From positions 32,001 through 96,000 of the forward strand of contig CBDHDG010000005.1 of NCBI GenBank assembly GCA_965261595.1: a DNA stretch of 64,000 nt, given 5' to 3'. The stretch is from a bacterium (GTDB lineage Bacteria > UBA8248 > JACPRG01 > G963555815). The notes below the pieces were generated by a model. The model did not search any database. It was given only the letters and a program-made list of their open reading frames with translations, and was not told the DNA's origin. Shown here piece by piece: positions 55,460 through 64,000 of the stretch. The position numbers and the translations under genes were made by a program. Positions within the stretch are counted from its first letter, which is position 1. Each line of letters starts with the position of its first letter.

Positions 55460-55597
55460 TCAAGAGAGCGCGGCGGTCGCGAGGTTCTTGGCGCGCTGCG
55501 CCAGCGCCAGGATCCCGGCGATGATGAGCGCCCCGACTCCGATCAAGACCGCGACGCTCAGCCCGAACACAGCACTCGCTGCTTTCGTGACGGTCAT
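55460..55597 (-). CDS. Small single-TM protein (45 aa), absent from the ORF track
   Basis: GGAG RBS; MTVTKAASAVFGLSVAVLIGVGALIIAGILALAQRAKNLATAALS; GC-rich third codon positions. Confidence 0.55.
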   Translation of the reverse strand: MTVTKAASAVFGLSVAVLIGVGALIIAGILALAQRAKNLATAALS

Positions 55598-56351
55598 TTC
55601 CGGATCTCCACTGGCAATCCCTCGATTCCGGGGGATTCACTCCCTCTATGAGAAGCAATCCACGTGCCATTTGCGCGGATTCGCCGTTCCGGGGGATCTC
55701 AACGGGAATTTCGAGTGGAGACGCTTTTCGGGGGGGTCGGTTGACCCCTTGCCCGCCTTCTCTGCTTAGTTGCACGATGTGACCGCCTGCTTGCCGTAGT
55801 ATCTCGTGACGCAGTATTGCCAGGTTGTTTTCTTCTTCCGCCAATGATAACGGGGCGGGGGGGATCGGAACCTCTCGTCCGGATCGGGCGGGCCGTCCAC
55901 CCGGTCCGCCTGGGAAGAGGCGCGGTCTCCCGGCCGGGGTGGAAGGGGGGTGCGCGAGCTTCGCGATCCGGGTGTCGGCACCGGTGATCCCAGGGGGCGG
56001 CTCGGTGTTCGGTCCCTGGGGCCTCTGAGGTCTATGGTCTTCTTCCTCTTTCTCTCATTGTACGGCGTTGTGTGAAGCCCTTGGGGTGTGGCGGGGGACG
56101 TGAAAGTCCCGCTCCCTTTGTACGGGCGGGTGAAAGTGCCGCTTTTGTTCAGGCGCCCGCGTCGAGAACGCGGCGAGTCGCCCGAGCCGGTGCTGGGCAG
56201 TTTCCTCTGGGCGAGCTTCATCAATGGGGCAAGCTCAATCCATCCCCGACCAACGCTTTGCGCGGCCGGTCCGCGTGTGTCCGTCGGACCCGGCGGCAAG
56301 GCCGCGGCGGGGCGGAGAAAAGGAGCGCGGAAAGGACCGAGAGGAATGGCT

Positions 56352-57116
56352 TCAAGGCCGAGCCTCCCCATGGGAAGGTCCGGGGTCATTTTGCGATCCC
56401 TCCCCCACCCCCCCTCCCCCCCCGTCCTTGTTGCGGGCAAAAACACGAAACACCAGGCTTCCCGCCAGGAGAACCGACACGGCGATCACCGCCCAAACCC
56501 AAATGTTTGCCATCCCGAGGTGTTCTCCAAGCCAGGAATAAACCAGGACCGCGGGGATCATCCCGAGGCCGGTGGCGAGGGCGAAGTCCAGGACGGACAT
56601 GCGGGTCAGACCCGCGCCGTAACTGATGGGGTCGAACGGGACGATGGGGATGAGGCGGGCGACGAACACCGCGTACTTCCCATGTTTTCGGAAGAACCGG
56701 TCGGCGAGCCGGATTCCCGCTTGGCCGACCAGGCGCTCGACAACGGGCCTCCCCAGCCCGTCCGCGATGAAAAAGCAGATCAGCGCCGCGGCCAGCGCGC
56801 TCGACCAGGACAGGAGCCCCCCCCAAAAAGCGCCGAAGATCGTGCCGTTCGCCAGGGTGATCACAAAGGCGGGCAGGGGGGCGATGACGGCCTGAAGGAT
56901 CATCAGAACGCCCGACGCCACCGGAGCCCAGATCCCGAAGGAAAGGATATAGGCCCTCAAGGCGCCCATGTCTCCCATCGAGAGGACGTCCAGGGAGCGG
57001 CGGACGTTTTCCGAGACGGCGGGAATGAAAAGATAAGCGCCGGCGCCGAGAACCAGGAGTCCCGCGATTGTCCACGTTTTGAGCCGGGAGTGCGGCCGGA
57101 CCTGTGAGGATGCCAT
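56352..57116 (-). CDS. TVP38/TMEM64 (DedA/VTT) family membrane protein
   Basis: Motifs LQAVIAPLPAFVITLANG..FG and RLIPIVPFDPISYGAGLT. Confidence 0.9.
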   Translation of the reverse strand: MASSQVRPHSRLKTWTIAGLLVLGAGAYLFIPAVSENVRRSLDVLSMGDMGALRAYILSFGIWAPVASGVLMILQAVIAPLPAFVITLANGTIFGAFWGGLLSWSSALAAALICFFIADGLGRPVVERLVGQAGIRLADRFFRKHGKYAVFVARLIPIVPFDPISYGAGLTRMSVLDFALATGLGMIPAVLVYSWLGEHLGMANIWVWAVIAVSVLLAGSLVFRVFARNKDGGGGGVGEGSQNDPGPSHGEARP

Positions 57117-57191
57117 CGAACCCCGCCGGTTTCAGAGCGCGCGGCCCGCTCGCCGCGCCGGGCTCATGCGGCCCCGTTCAAGCCCCGCAGC

Positions 57192-58295
57192 CTACGGAAC
57201 AACGCGGATGCGCCCGCTTTCTTCGTCGATCACCTTCCCGATGATCGCCGGGGCCGGGACGCCGGCCGCCTTCATCTTCCCGACCAGGGATTCAGCCCGG
57301 GCCGGGTCGATGGAGATCAGGAGCGGGCCGGAGGTCTGGGCGTCGCACAACACGGCGAACTCGTTCTCGCCCACCCCGGATTCCAGACGGACGAATTTCC
57401 GCACCCATTGCCGGTTCCGCTCACCGCCGCCCTTGGTGCCGTTGATGGCGTGGGCCTCGATCCCGTCGTACTTGGGGACGGCGGCATAGGAGATCTCGAA
57501 CCCGGCGCCGCTGGCCTCGGCCACATTGTGGGCGTGGCCCAGCAGGCCGAACCCGGTGATGTCCGTGCAGGCGCCCGCGCCGGCCTCCGTCATCAGCTCC
57601 CCGGCGGTCCGGTTCAGGGTTTTCATTCCCTCGAGGGCTTCCTCATACACCTCGTCGCGGATCGCCTTGTGTCCGTTGCCGCCCGAAATCATCCCCAGTA
57701 TTTTCCCGAACCCGGTCCGGGTCTTGCGCATGTTGGTGATGATTCCCGTGCCGATCTTTTTCGTCAGGATCAAGACGTCGCCGGGTTTCGCGCCCGTGTT
57801 GGTGATCATCTTCCGCGGGTCGACCGTGCCCGTGACGGCGATCCCGTACTTGGGCTCGGGGTCGTCCACGCTGTGCCCGCCGAGGATGACGCCGCCGGCC
57901 TCCATCATCTTCTCGGCCCCGCCCCGGAGGATCTCCCCCAGGGGCTCCAAACCGAGATGACAGGGAAAGGCCACAAGGTTCAGTCCCGTCACCACGCGGG
58001 CGCCCATGGTGAAGCAATCGCTCAACGCGTTGGCGGCGGCGATGGCCCCGAAGTCGTACGGGTCGTCCACAATGGGGGTGAAGAAATCCACGGTTTGGAC
58101 GATGGCCAAGTCTTCGCGGAGTCGATAGACCCCCGTATCGTCTCCGGCGTTGGAGCCGAAAAGAAGATTCGGGTCGGTGAAGGAAGGCAGCCCTTCCAGG
58201 GCGGCTCGAAGGTCCTCGGGACCGATCTTGCTCCCTCAGCCGCCGGCTTTGACAAGGCGGGTCAGCAGGAGTTTTTCTTCGCTCGCGGTCGGCAA
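57192..58295 (-). CDS. selD: Selenophosphate synthetase, selenocysteine-containing (UGA at 58236-58238)
   Basis: LTRLVKAGG[TGA]GSKIGP aligns with the GG(C/U)xxK motif. Also DDTGVY, QTVDFFTP, ANALSD, TDITGFGLLGH, DAQTSG. TTG start with GGAGG RBS. Confidence 0.93.
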
Positions 58296-58880
58296 CGCTT
58301 TTCCTCCGCAGGTCATCGGGGCCCATCGATTTCGATGGGGTGGTTTCCCCTTCTGTTCCCATATCTACAGACACCCTCAAGTCCGATCCAACTTCTTTGA
58401 AATATAGCACGGCGCCAAAGGGGTGTCTTGCCGGCGCGGCGATCCCCCCCCCTCCCTCTTTGTTGAAAAACGGCCCTTTGCCGGAGAAATTTAAAAACAT
58501 GACGCGGATCATGTTCTCGTGTTCCGCCGGGACGTATACTTAGGAACGAAGAATGAGGTTGTGGGGCCCCGGCCCCGGTGGCGGCGTCTTCCGCGGGTGT
58601 CCCCCCCGACCGACTGCGGGGAGCGAAGCGCCGGGCCGGGGCACCCGTAGCCTTGTTCGGCTTGCCGCCCCACCCGTGCAATCCGCTTCTCCCGCACCCG
58701 CCGCTGTCTGTCCCTTATCCATCCAAACCGGTCATCACGGGCTTCGGACCGCCCGATTCCTGTGTTATCATCCTTACCTGGGAGGAGCGCGCGGCGGCCC
58801 GATGGCGGCGGCGCGCTTGAGTCCCAACGACCGATTTCAGTTCCTCTTCTCTAGATTTCGAAAGAAAACCGGGGGATGAG

Positions 58881-61205
58881 ATGACCCAGACGAAGGATCT
58901 GCGCGGTTCCGATGGGGGTTACGCAACGGTCGGCAAGCCGCTGCCGCGGTTGGATGGACCGGAAAAAGCCCTGGGGACCGCTGTGTTCGGCGATGACGTT
59001 TCCCTGCCCGGCGAGCTTGTGGGACGGATCCTGCGAAGTCCGCTGCCCCACGCCCGAATCGTGAGCATTGATGTCGAGGCGGCCCGGAGCCTGCCCGGCG
59101 TTCATGCCGTCCTGACGGGCGGGGACATCCCCGACGTCCGTTACGGCACGATCATCAAGGATCGGCGCGCCCTGGCCCTTGAAAAGGTCCGCCACGTGGG
59201 CGACCCGGTGGCCCTCGTGGCGGCGGAGGATGGCGAGACGGCCGAAGCCGCCCTCGGACTCATCCGGGTCGAGTTCGAGGAGCTTCCGGCCCTGTTCGAT
59301 CCGGTCGAAACGATGGCCGAGGAGAAGGTCCTCATCCATGAGGAGTTCGCTCGGTACGAAGGGCCGAAGATTTATGAGAGGCGGGCCAACATCTGCACCG
59401 TCAAGACCGATGTCGTGGGCGACCCGGACGCGGCCTGGGACCGGGCGGAGATCGTCATCGAGGGCGAGTTCGACACCCACGGCGTCCACGCCGGGTACAT
59501 CGAGCCGCACGCGGCCCTGGCATCGGTCGACCGGACCGGGAAGGTGACGGTCTGGACCACCACCCAGGGGTCTTTCGGCTGCCGGGATCAAACGGCCCGG
59601 GTGATGGGACTGGCCCTCCATCAGGTCAACGTCATCCCGACGGCCGTCGGGGGGGGATTCGGGGCGAAGATGCCGGTCCTGATCGAGCCCCTGGCCGCGC
59701 TTTTGGCCGCCGCCGCCGGCCGGCCGGTGAAGATCCTTCTGAGCCGGGAAGAGGACACCGAGGGGAGCACGCCGCGTCATCCGACGGTGACCCGATCCCG
59801 GCTGGGGGCCGACCGGAAAGGCAACCTTCTGGTCCGGGAGGTTGATTTCTACATGGACACGGGCGCCTACGCCGATTTCGCCCCCAACATGGCCAACACC
59901 CGGGCCCAGATGGCCGTGGGCCCATACCGCGTCCCGAACGCGCGGGTGAACATCTACGCGGTCTACACGAACAAGCCGAGTTGCAGCATCGTCCGCGCGC
60001 CCGCCGGCCCTCAACTGACGTATGTGACCGAAAGCCAGATGGACGAGCTGGCGCGCCGGGTCGGACTGGACCCCTTCGAGCTGAGGGCGCGGAACTCCCT
60101 GCGGCGCGGGGATGAAGGGATGGACGGGAAGCTGAACTTCAACATCAGCCTCCCGGAAACCCTGAGCCGGGTGCGGGAGGCGGCGGGTCCGCCCTTGAAG
60201 AACGGGGACGGGCGTCTCTACGGCCGGGGCGTGGCGAGCAGCTTCTGGAAAGGCCCCGCCGGCGCGGCGAGTTGCAGCGTCCGTCTGGATGACGACGGCA
60301 CGGCGCGGGTCATCACGGGCTCGATCGACATCACGGGCTCGAGCACGTCCATCGCCCAAGTGGTGGCGGAGGAGCTGGGCCTGGGGCTCGACCGGGTCAG
60401 CGTCATCACGGCGGACACGGACTCTGGGTCTTTATCGCCGGGAAGCGGCGGCAGCCAAGTCACCCGGGCCTTGAGCACGTCGGCCCAACAGGCCGCCCTG
60501 TCGGCCAAGCAACAAATCCTGGAGACCGCGGCCGCGAAGCTCGAGGCCCACGTGGAGGACCTTGTCCTGGCGGACGGGCGGGTGACGGTCCGCTCCTCCC
60601 CCGAGCTCAGCATTTCGCTCGAGGAGGTCCTCTCGGCGGCCAAGTCAATCCGCGGCCCCATCTTCGGACATGGAATCTCCCCGAACCTGCCCGCGGCGCC
60701 CATCTACGTCACCCAGGTCGCCGACGTGGCGGTGGACCCCGAGACCGGCGAGGTGGAGATCCTCCGGGTCGTCTCCGCCCAGGACGTGGGGTTCGCCATC
60801 AACCCCCTCAGCATCGAGGGCCAGATTGAAGGCGCGGTTTTGCAGGGGATGGGCTACGCGACGATGGAGGAGCTGAAAATCGAGGACGGCCGCATCTTGA
60901 ACCCGGACCTGGACGGGTACATCCTGCCCACCGCGCAGGACGCGTTTGATGTGGTTCCCATCATCGTCGAGGAGGCGGCGCCGGAAGGCGCCTACGGCGT
61001 CCGGGGGGTCGGAGAGCCGCCCATCATCTGCACGCTGGGCGCCATGGCCAACGCTGTGTACGACGCCTCGGGCGTCCGGGTGACGCGTTTGCCGATCAGC
61101 CCCGAGCGCGTCGTGAAGGGTCTGCGCGAGAACGCCGCCCCGCCCCGGGGCGGTCTCCGAGAAGATTCCCGGTTGAGGGGGGGGCCGTCATGGCGGACAC
61201 CCTGA
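58881..61205 (+). CDS. Xanthine dehydrogenase-family molybdopterin-binding subunit
   Basis: Motifs LRSPLPHARI, GGGFGAK, SGGSQ, INP..EGQIEG, GVGEPP. Confidence 0.92.
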   Translation: MTQTKDLRGSDGGYATVGKPLPRLDGPEKALGTAVFGDDVSLPGELVGRILRSPLPHARIVSIDVEAARSLPGVHAVLTGGDIPDVRYGTIIKDRRALALEKVRHVGDPVALVAAEDGETAEAALGLIRVEFEELPALFDPVETMAEEKVLIHEEFARYEGPKIYERRANICTVKTDVVGDPDAAWDRAEIVIEGEFDTHGVHAGYIEPHAALASVDRTGKVTVWTTTQGSFGCRDQTARVMGLALHQVNVIPTAVGGGFGAKMPVLIEPLAALLAAAAGRPVKILLSREEDTEGSTPRHPTVTRSRLGADRKGNLLVREVDFYMDTGAYADFAPNMANTRAQMAVGPYRVPNARVNIYAVYTNKPSCSIVRAPAGPQLTYVTESQMDELARRVGLDPFELRARNSLRRGDEGMDGKLNFNISLPETLSRVREAAGPPLKNGDGRLYGRGVASSFWKGPAGAASCSVRLDDDGTARVITGSIDITGSSTSIAQVVAEELGLGLDRVSVITADTDSGSLSPGSGGSQVTRALSTSAQQAALSAKQQILETAAAKLEAHVEDLVLADGRVTVRSSPELSISLEEVLSAAKSIRGPIFGHGISPNLPAAPIYVTQVADVAVDPETGEVEILRVVSAQDVGFAINPLSIEGQIEGAVLQGMGYATMEELKIEDGRILNPDLDGYILPTAQDAFDVVPIIVEEAAPEGAYGVRGVGEPPIICTLGAMANAVYDASGVRVTRLPISPERVVKGLRENAAPPRGGLREDSRLRGGPSWRTP

Positions 61206-62845
61206 TCGAGGTTTTCGAGGAGAGCGTTCGCGCGTTCGCGGCCCGGACCGTTTCCGAGCGGGAGGGCGGGGCCGGTAAGGTTCGCGCGTTAACGTATGCC
61301 GAGTTTGCTGGGAAGAGCCGCGGGGTGGCCTGGCAGCTCTCCGGCCTGGGCGTTCGTCCCGGCGACAATGTGGGGGTCCTGTCCGATAACCGGCCAGAAT
61401 GGGGGATCGCGTTCTTCGGCGTTCTCCTGGCCGGGGCGGTGGTCATTCCCCTCGACATCCACCTGAAGCCCGCGGAGCTTGCGAACATCCTGTCCCGCTC
61501 GGGAGCCCGGGTCTGCGTCGCCGGCGCGGAGGCGGACGAGACCCTCGCCGGAGCGCGTCCGTCCACCCCCGCCCTCGATCACATCGTCTCCATGGATGAC
61601 GCCGGCTTCGGGCCGTCGCGCGAGGACTCGCCCGAGATCCCGCCGCCCGACCCCGACGCGGTGGCCGTCATCCCTTTTTCATCGGGGACGACCGGTGTTC
61701 CCAAGGGCGTGATGCTTTCTCAGCGAAACCTGGCGAGCAACGTCCAATCCATCCTGGACCTTTGCATCTATGAGACGGGCGGCAATCTGCTCTCGATCCT
61801 TCCGCTCCATCACACGTTCGAGCTGACGGCGGGCTTCCTGACGCCTTTCGCCAAGGGCGTTAAGGTTTTTTATCTGAACGCAATCTCGCCCCGAGCCATC
61901 TCGGCCGCCCTGGCCGAGCGGGAGATCACGGTCTGCCTGGTCGTTCCCGCGTTGGTGCGGCTGTTTCACAAGAACATCTTCAGACAGGTGGAGAAGCAGA
62001 CGGGCTTGCGGAAGGTGTCGTTCCGGGTCCTGTTCGGGGTGAGCCGGGCGGGGTTGGGCGTGGGGCTTCGGTTGGGGAAGGTGTTTTTCGGCCCCATCCG
62101 GAAGCGGTTCGGCGAGGGCTTCCGGTATTTCTTCAGCGGCGGAGCGGCCCTGGACCCCAACGTCGAGCGCGACCTCCGGGTCTTGGGTCTGGAGGTCCTT
62201 CAGGGATACGGCCTGACGGAAACCTCCCCGGTGTCGAACGTGAATCCGCCGGGGAAGAACAAAATCGGGACGGTGGGCCCCCCGGTGCCGAGGGTGGAGG
62301 TGAAGCTGGGGCCCGTCGAGGGGGCCGGACCGGGGGAGGGGGAAGTGCTCATCCGGGGGCCGAACGTGATGCTGGGCTACTTCGAGAACCCCGAGGGGAC
62401 GGCGGAGGTGCTGGTCGACGGGTGGTTCCACACCGGGGACATCGGCCGGCTGGACGGGGACGGATACCTCTCCATCTGCGGGCGGTCCAAGAGCGTCATC
62501 GTCTCCGAGGCGGGCAAGAACATCTATCCCGAGGAGGTCGAGGACGAGTTGATGCAGAGTCCGTACTTCCAGGAGGTGTGCGTCCTCGGCAGGAAGTCGG
62601 AGAAGGGCGGCGAGGAGGTGTTCGCTGTCATCGTCCCGAACGAGGACGCGTTCAAGGACCGGGGCGAGACGGGCCGGGAGGAGGAGATCATCGCGCGCGA
62701 GGTCAAAGCCGCTTCATCGCGCCTGGCCGACTACAAGCGCGTCCAGAAGTTCGGCGTCGTGGACCAGGAGCTCCCCAAGACCACCACGCTCAAGCACAAG
62801 CGGCCGGAGATCGTCAAGCTGTTGGAGGAGAAGGGGATTTGGTAA
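61190..62845 (+). CDS. Long-chain acyl-CoA ligase (AMP-binding)
   Basis: Motifs FSSGTTGVPKGV, ILPLHH, QGYGLTE, WFHTGDIG, GKNIYPEEVE. Confidence 0.92.
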   Translation: MADTLIEVFEESVRAFAARTVSEREGGAGKVRALTYAEFAGKSRGVAWQLSGLGVRPGDNVGVLSDNRPEWGIAFFGVLLAGAVVIPLDIHLKPAELANILSRSGARVCVAGAEADETLAGARPSTPALDHIVSMDDAGFGPSREDSPEIPPPDPDAVAVIPFSSGTTGVPKGVMLSQRNLASNVQSILDLCIYETGGNLLSILPLHHTFELTAGFLTPFAKGVKVFYLNAISPRAISAALAEREITVCLVVPALVRLFHKNIFRQVEKQTGLRKVSFRVLFGVSRAGLGVGLRLGKVFFGPIRKRFGEGFRYFFSGGAALDPNVERDLRVLGLEVLQGYGLTETSPVSNVNPPGKNKIGTVGPPVPRVEVKLGPVEGAGPGEGEVLIRGPNVMLGYFENPEGTAEVLVDGWFHTGDIGRLDGDGYLSICGRSKSVIVSEAGKNIYPEEVEDELMQSPYFQEVCVLGRKSEKGGEEVFAVIVPNEDAFKDRGETGREEEIIAREVKAASSRLADYKRVQKFGVVDQELPKTTTLKHKRPEIVKLLEEKGIW

Positions 62846-62853
62846 ACACGGAA

Positions 62854-63008
62854 TAGAACCTATCTCAATATCCCATTTCACACTCCTTGGGCCTTTTGTC
62901 GTCATTCCCGCGAAAGCGGGAATCCAGTGTTTTCAAGCTGTTCTGGATGCCCGCTTACGACATGCGGGCATGACGGGTAGGGCGCCATCAATTTTGAGAT
63001 AGGTTCTA
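62854..63008. mobile_element. 155-bp MITE-like element containing a REP-like palindrome pair
   Basis: 15-bp perfect TIR TAGAACCTATCTCAA / TTGAGATAGGTTCTA; internal GTCATTCCCGCGAAAGCGGGAATCCAG...CTGGATGCCCGC...GCGGGCATGAC. Confidence 0.8.
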
Positions 63009-64000
63009 GTGTTTTTCAGATAACTCTTTTGATTTCGAATTTACTGACTCCATAATTGATTCAACAATTTCACGCATTTCCTCCGCCTGATCAGAAAGTA
63101 TGCTGGTATCCTCCGCCACGAGGACATCCGTTGCTATTCTGAATGGTTCGAACACTTCTTTGTCGTCCTTCCATCTCCAGCCTTTATCGTTGATTTTTCG
63201 GAAAAGTTCTTCGATGTCTTCAAATCTCTTGTGGCACAATAGGTTGAAAAGCATATTTCTTAGTAAAGCATAATGCACATCTTCGGAAAGGTTCTCGAAC
63301 AATTCCCAAATTAATTGATGGGAGTTCAGATTTAATTCAAAAGAGATCGCCCTGTCTGCCGGTGAAAGTACATAGGCGACTGCCACGCCTACAGTGTTGA
63401 TAGCCTCTTTGAAATTTCCCTCTTCTCCTTTCGGGGTATTTCCCATTAGCCCATTTTCGAGATATTCTAAAAATAGAGACAGTTGATTACTTTCAAGCTT
63501 ACCTCCGGCCGCGATGACGGTAGCTAGATAAAGGTTCGGCATGGAATAGTCCGGTGCTAACATCATGGCATTTTCAAAAGCTTTTTTTGCGGCAATGATA
63601 TTCGAGGTTTTTATGTAGCAGGCACCAAGAAAAATCCAGCTATGAACAAATTCTTGGTCAATTTCCGTTGATCTGATAAAAGCTTGAGTCGCGTCTTCAT
63701 ATTTGCCTAGGCCAAAGGAAGAAGCACCCAGTACAAAGTCTAGTCCAAAGTGAGTTCTTTTCTTTTCTGGACGGAGCTTGGAGGCCAAAAGATACGCCTC
63801 GTGCGCCTTCTCAAAATCCTGGTTAAGCAAATGGATGTTGCCGCGTAGGAAAAAGATATTTCCCCTCTCTATATCTGTCAGTTCCCTGAGTGTCATCAAC
63901 TCCTCGGAGACCCTCCAGACTGTATCAAGTTGATGCAGGTCCCAGGCGGAATGCATTAACCATGATAAGGCAAGTTCGTAAAGTCTTGGATCATAATCCG
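63006..64000 (-). CDS. Tetratricopeptide-repeat protein (AT-rich; probably starts beyond the window)
   Basis: TPR-like helices (LGASSFGLGKYEDATQAF, WIFLGACYIKTSNIIAAKKAF); frame open to the window edge. Confidence 0.75.
   Translation of the reverse strand, partial: DYDPRLYELALSWLMHSAWDLHQLDTVWRVSEELMTLRELTDIERGNIFFLRGNIHLLNQDFEKAHEAYLLASKLRPEKKRTHFGLDFVLGASSFGLGKYEDATQAFIRSTEIDQEFVHSWIFLGACYIKTSNIIAAKKAFENAMMLAPDYSMPNLYLATVIAAGGKLESNQLSLFLEYLENGLMGNTPKGEEGNFKEAINTVGVAVAYVLSPADRAISFELNLNSHQLIWELFENLSEDVHYALLRNMLFNLLCHKRFEDIEELFRKINDKGWRWKDDKEVFEPFRIATDVLVAEDTSILSDQAEEMREIVESIMESVNSKSKELSEKH

Noticed and set aside
55766..56446. 226-aa Pro/Arg-rich ORF downstream of TVP38
   Set aside because: Low complexity, overlaps TVP38, and has no recognisable motif. 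It cannot be supported, though a shorter gene is not excluded.
1..64000. CRISPR array, rRNA, retron or group II intron
   Set aside because: No regularly spaced repeat-spacer array, rRNA-like sequence, cas gene or reverse-transcriptase motif was seen.

Overview
GC-rich bacterial chromosome segment with four parts. (1) 1-~21.4 kb is a heavily nested, decaying mobile region with IS3, IS256, IS1380, IS1595, IS481 and IS1182 elements and a split DUF4102-type tyrosine integrase. Removing the nested insertions by hand gives a ~2.9-kb IS1595 element with 23-bp perfect TIRs carrying a DUF262+HNH nuclease gene; a pair of HEPN-like genes lies nearby. (2) ~21.4-32.8 kb is core-like: M20 amidohydrolase, pyrR, mce, a degenerate cpaE, bioB, a CCG/Fe-S protein, azlCD, mltA, a methyltransferase and tRNA-Phe. 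(3) 32.76-53.23 kb is a ~20.4-kb integrative element (dead integrase, RHH, primase-polymerase/DUF927, excisionase). It duplicates the 5' half of tRNA-Phe, which separates the intact tRNA from its apparent native promoter. It carries a decayed aryl-polyene/xanthomonadin-like cargo whose MMPL gene is split by an IS3 and by a 5.9-kb IS1380 one-ended transposition unit. (4) 53.2-64 kb is core-like: AIR-synthase-like protein, HAD, TVP38/DedA, a selenocysteine-containing selD, a xanthine-dehydrogenase-family large subunit, an acyl-CoA ligase, a MITE and a TPR protein. All calls come from reading the sequence and ORF track by eye; no searches were run.
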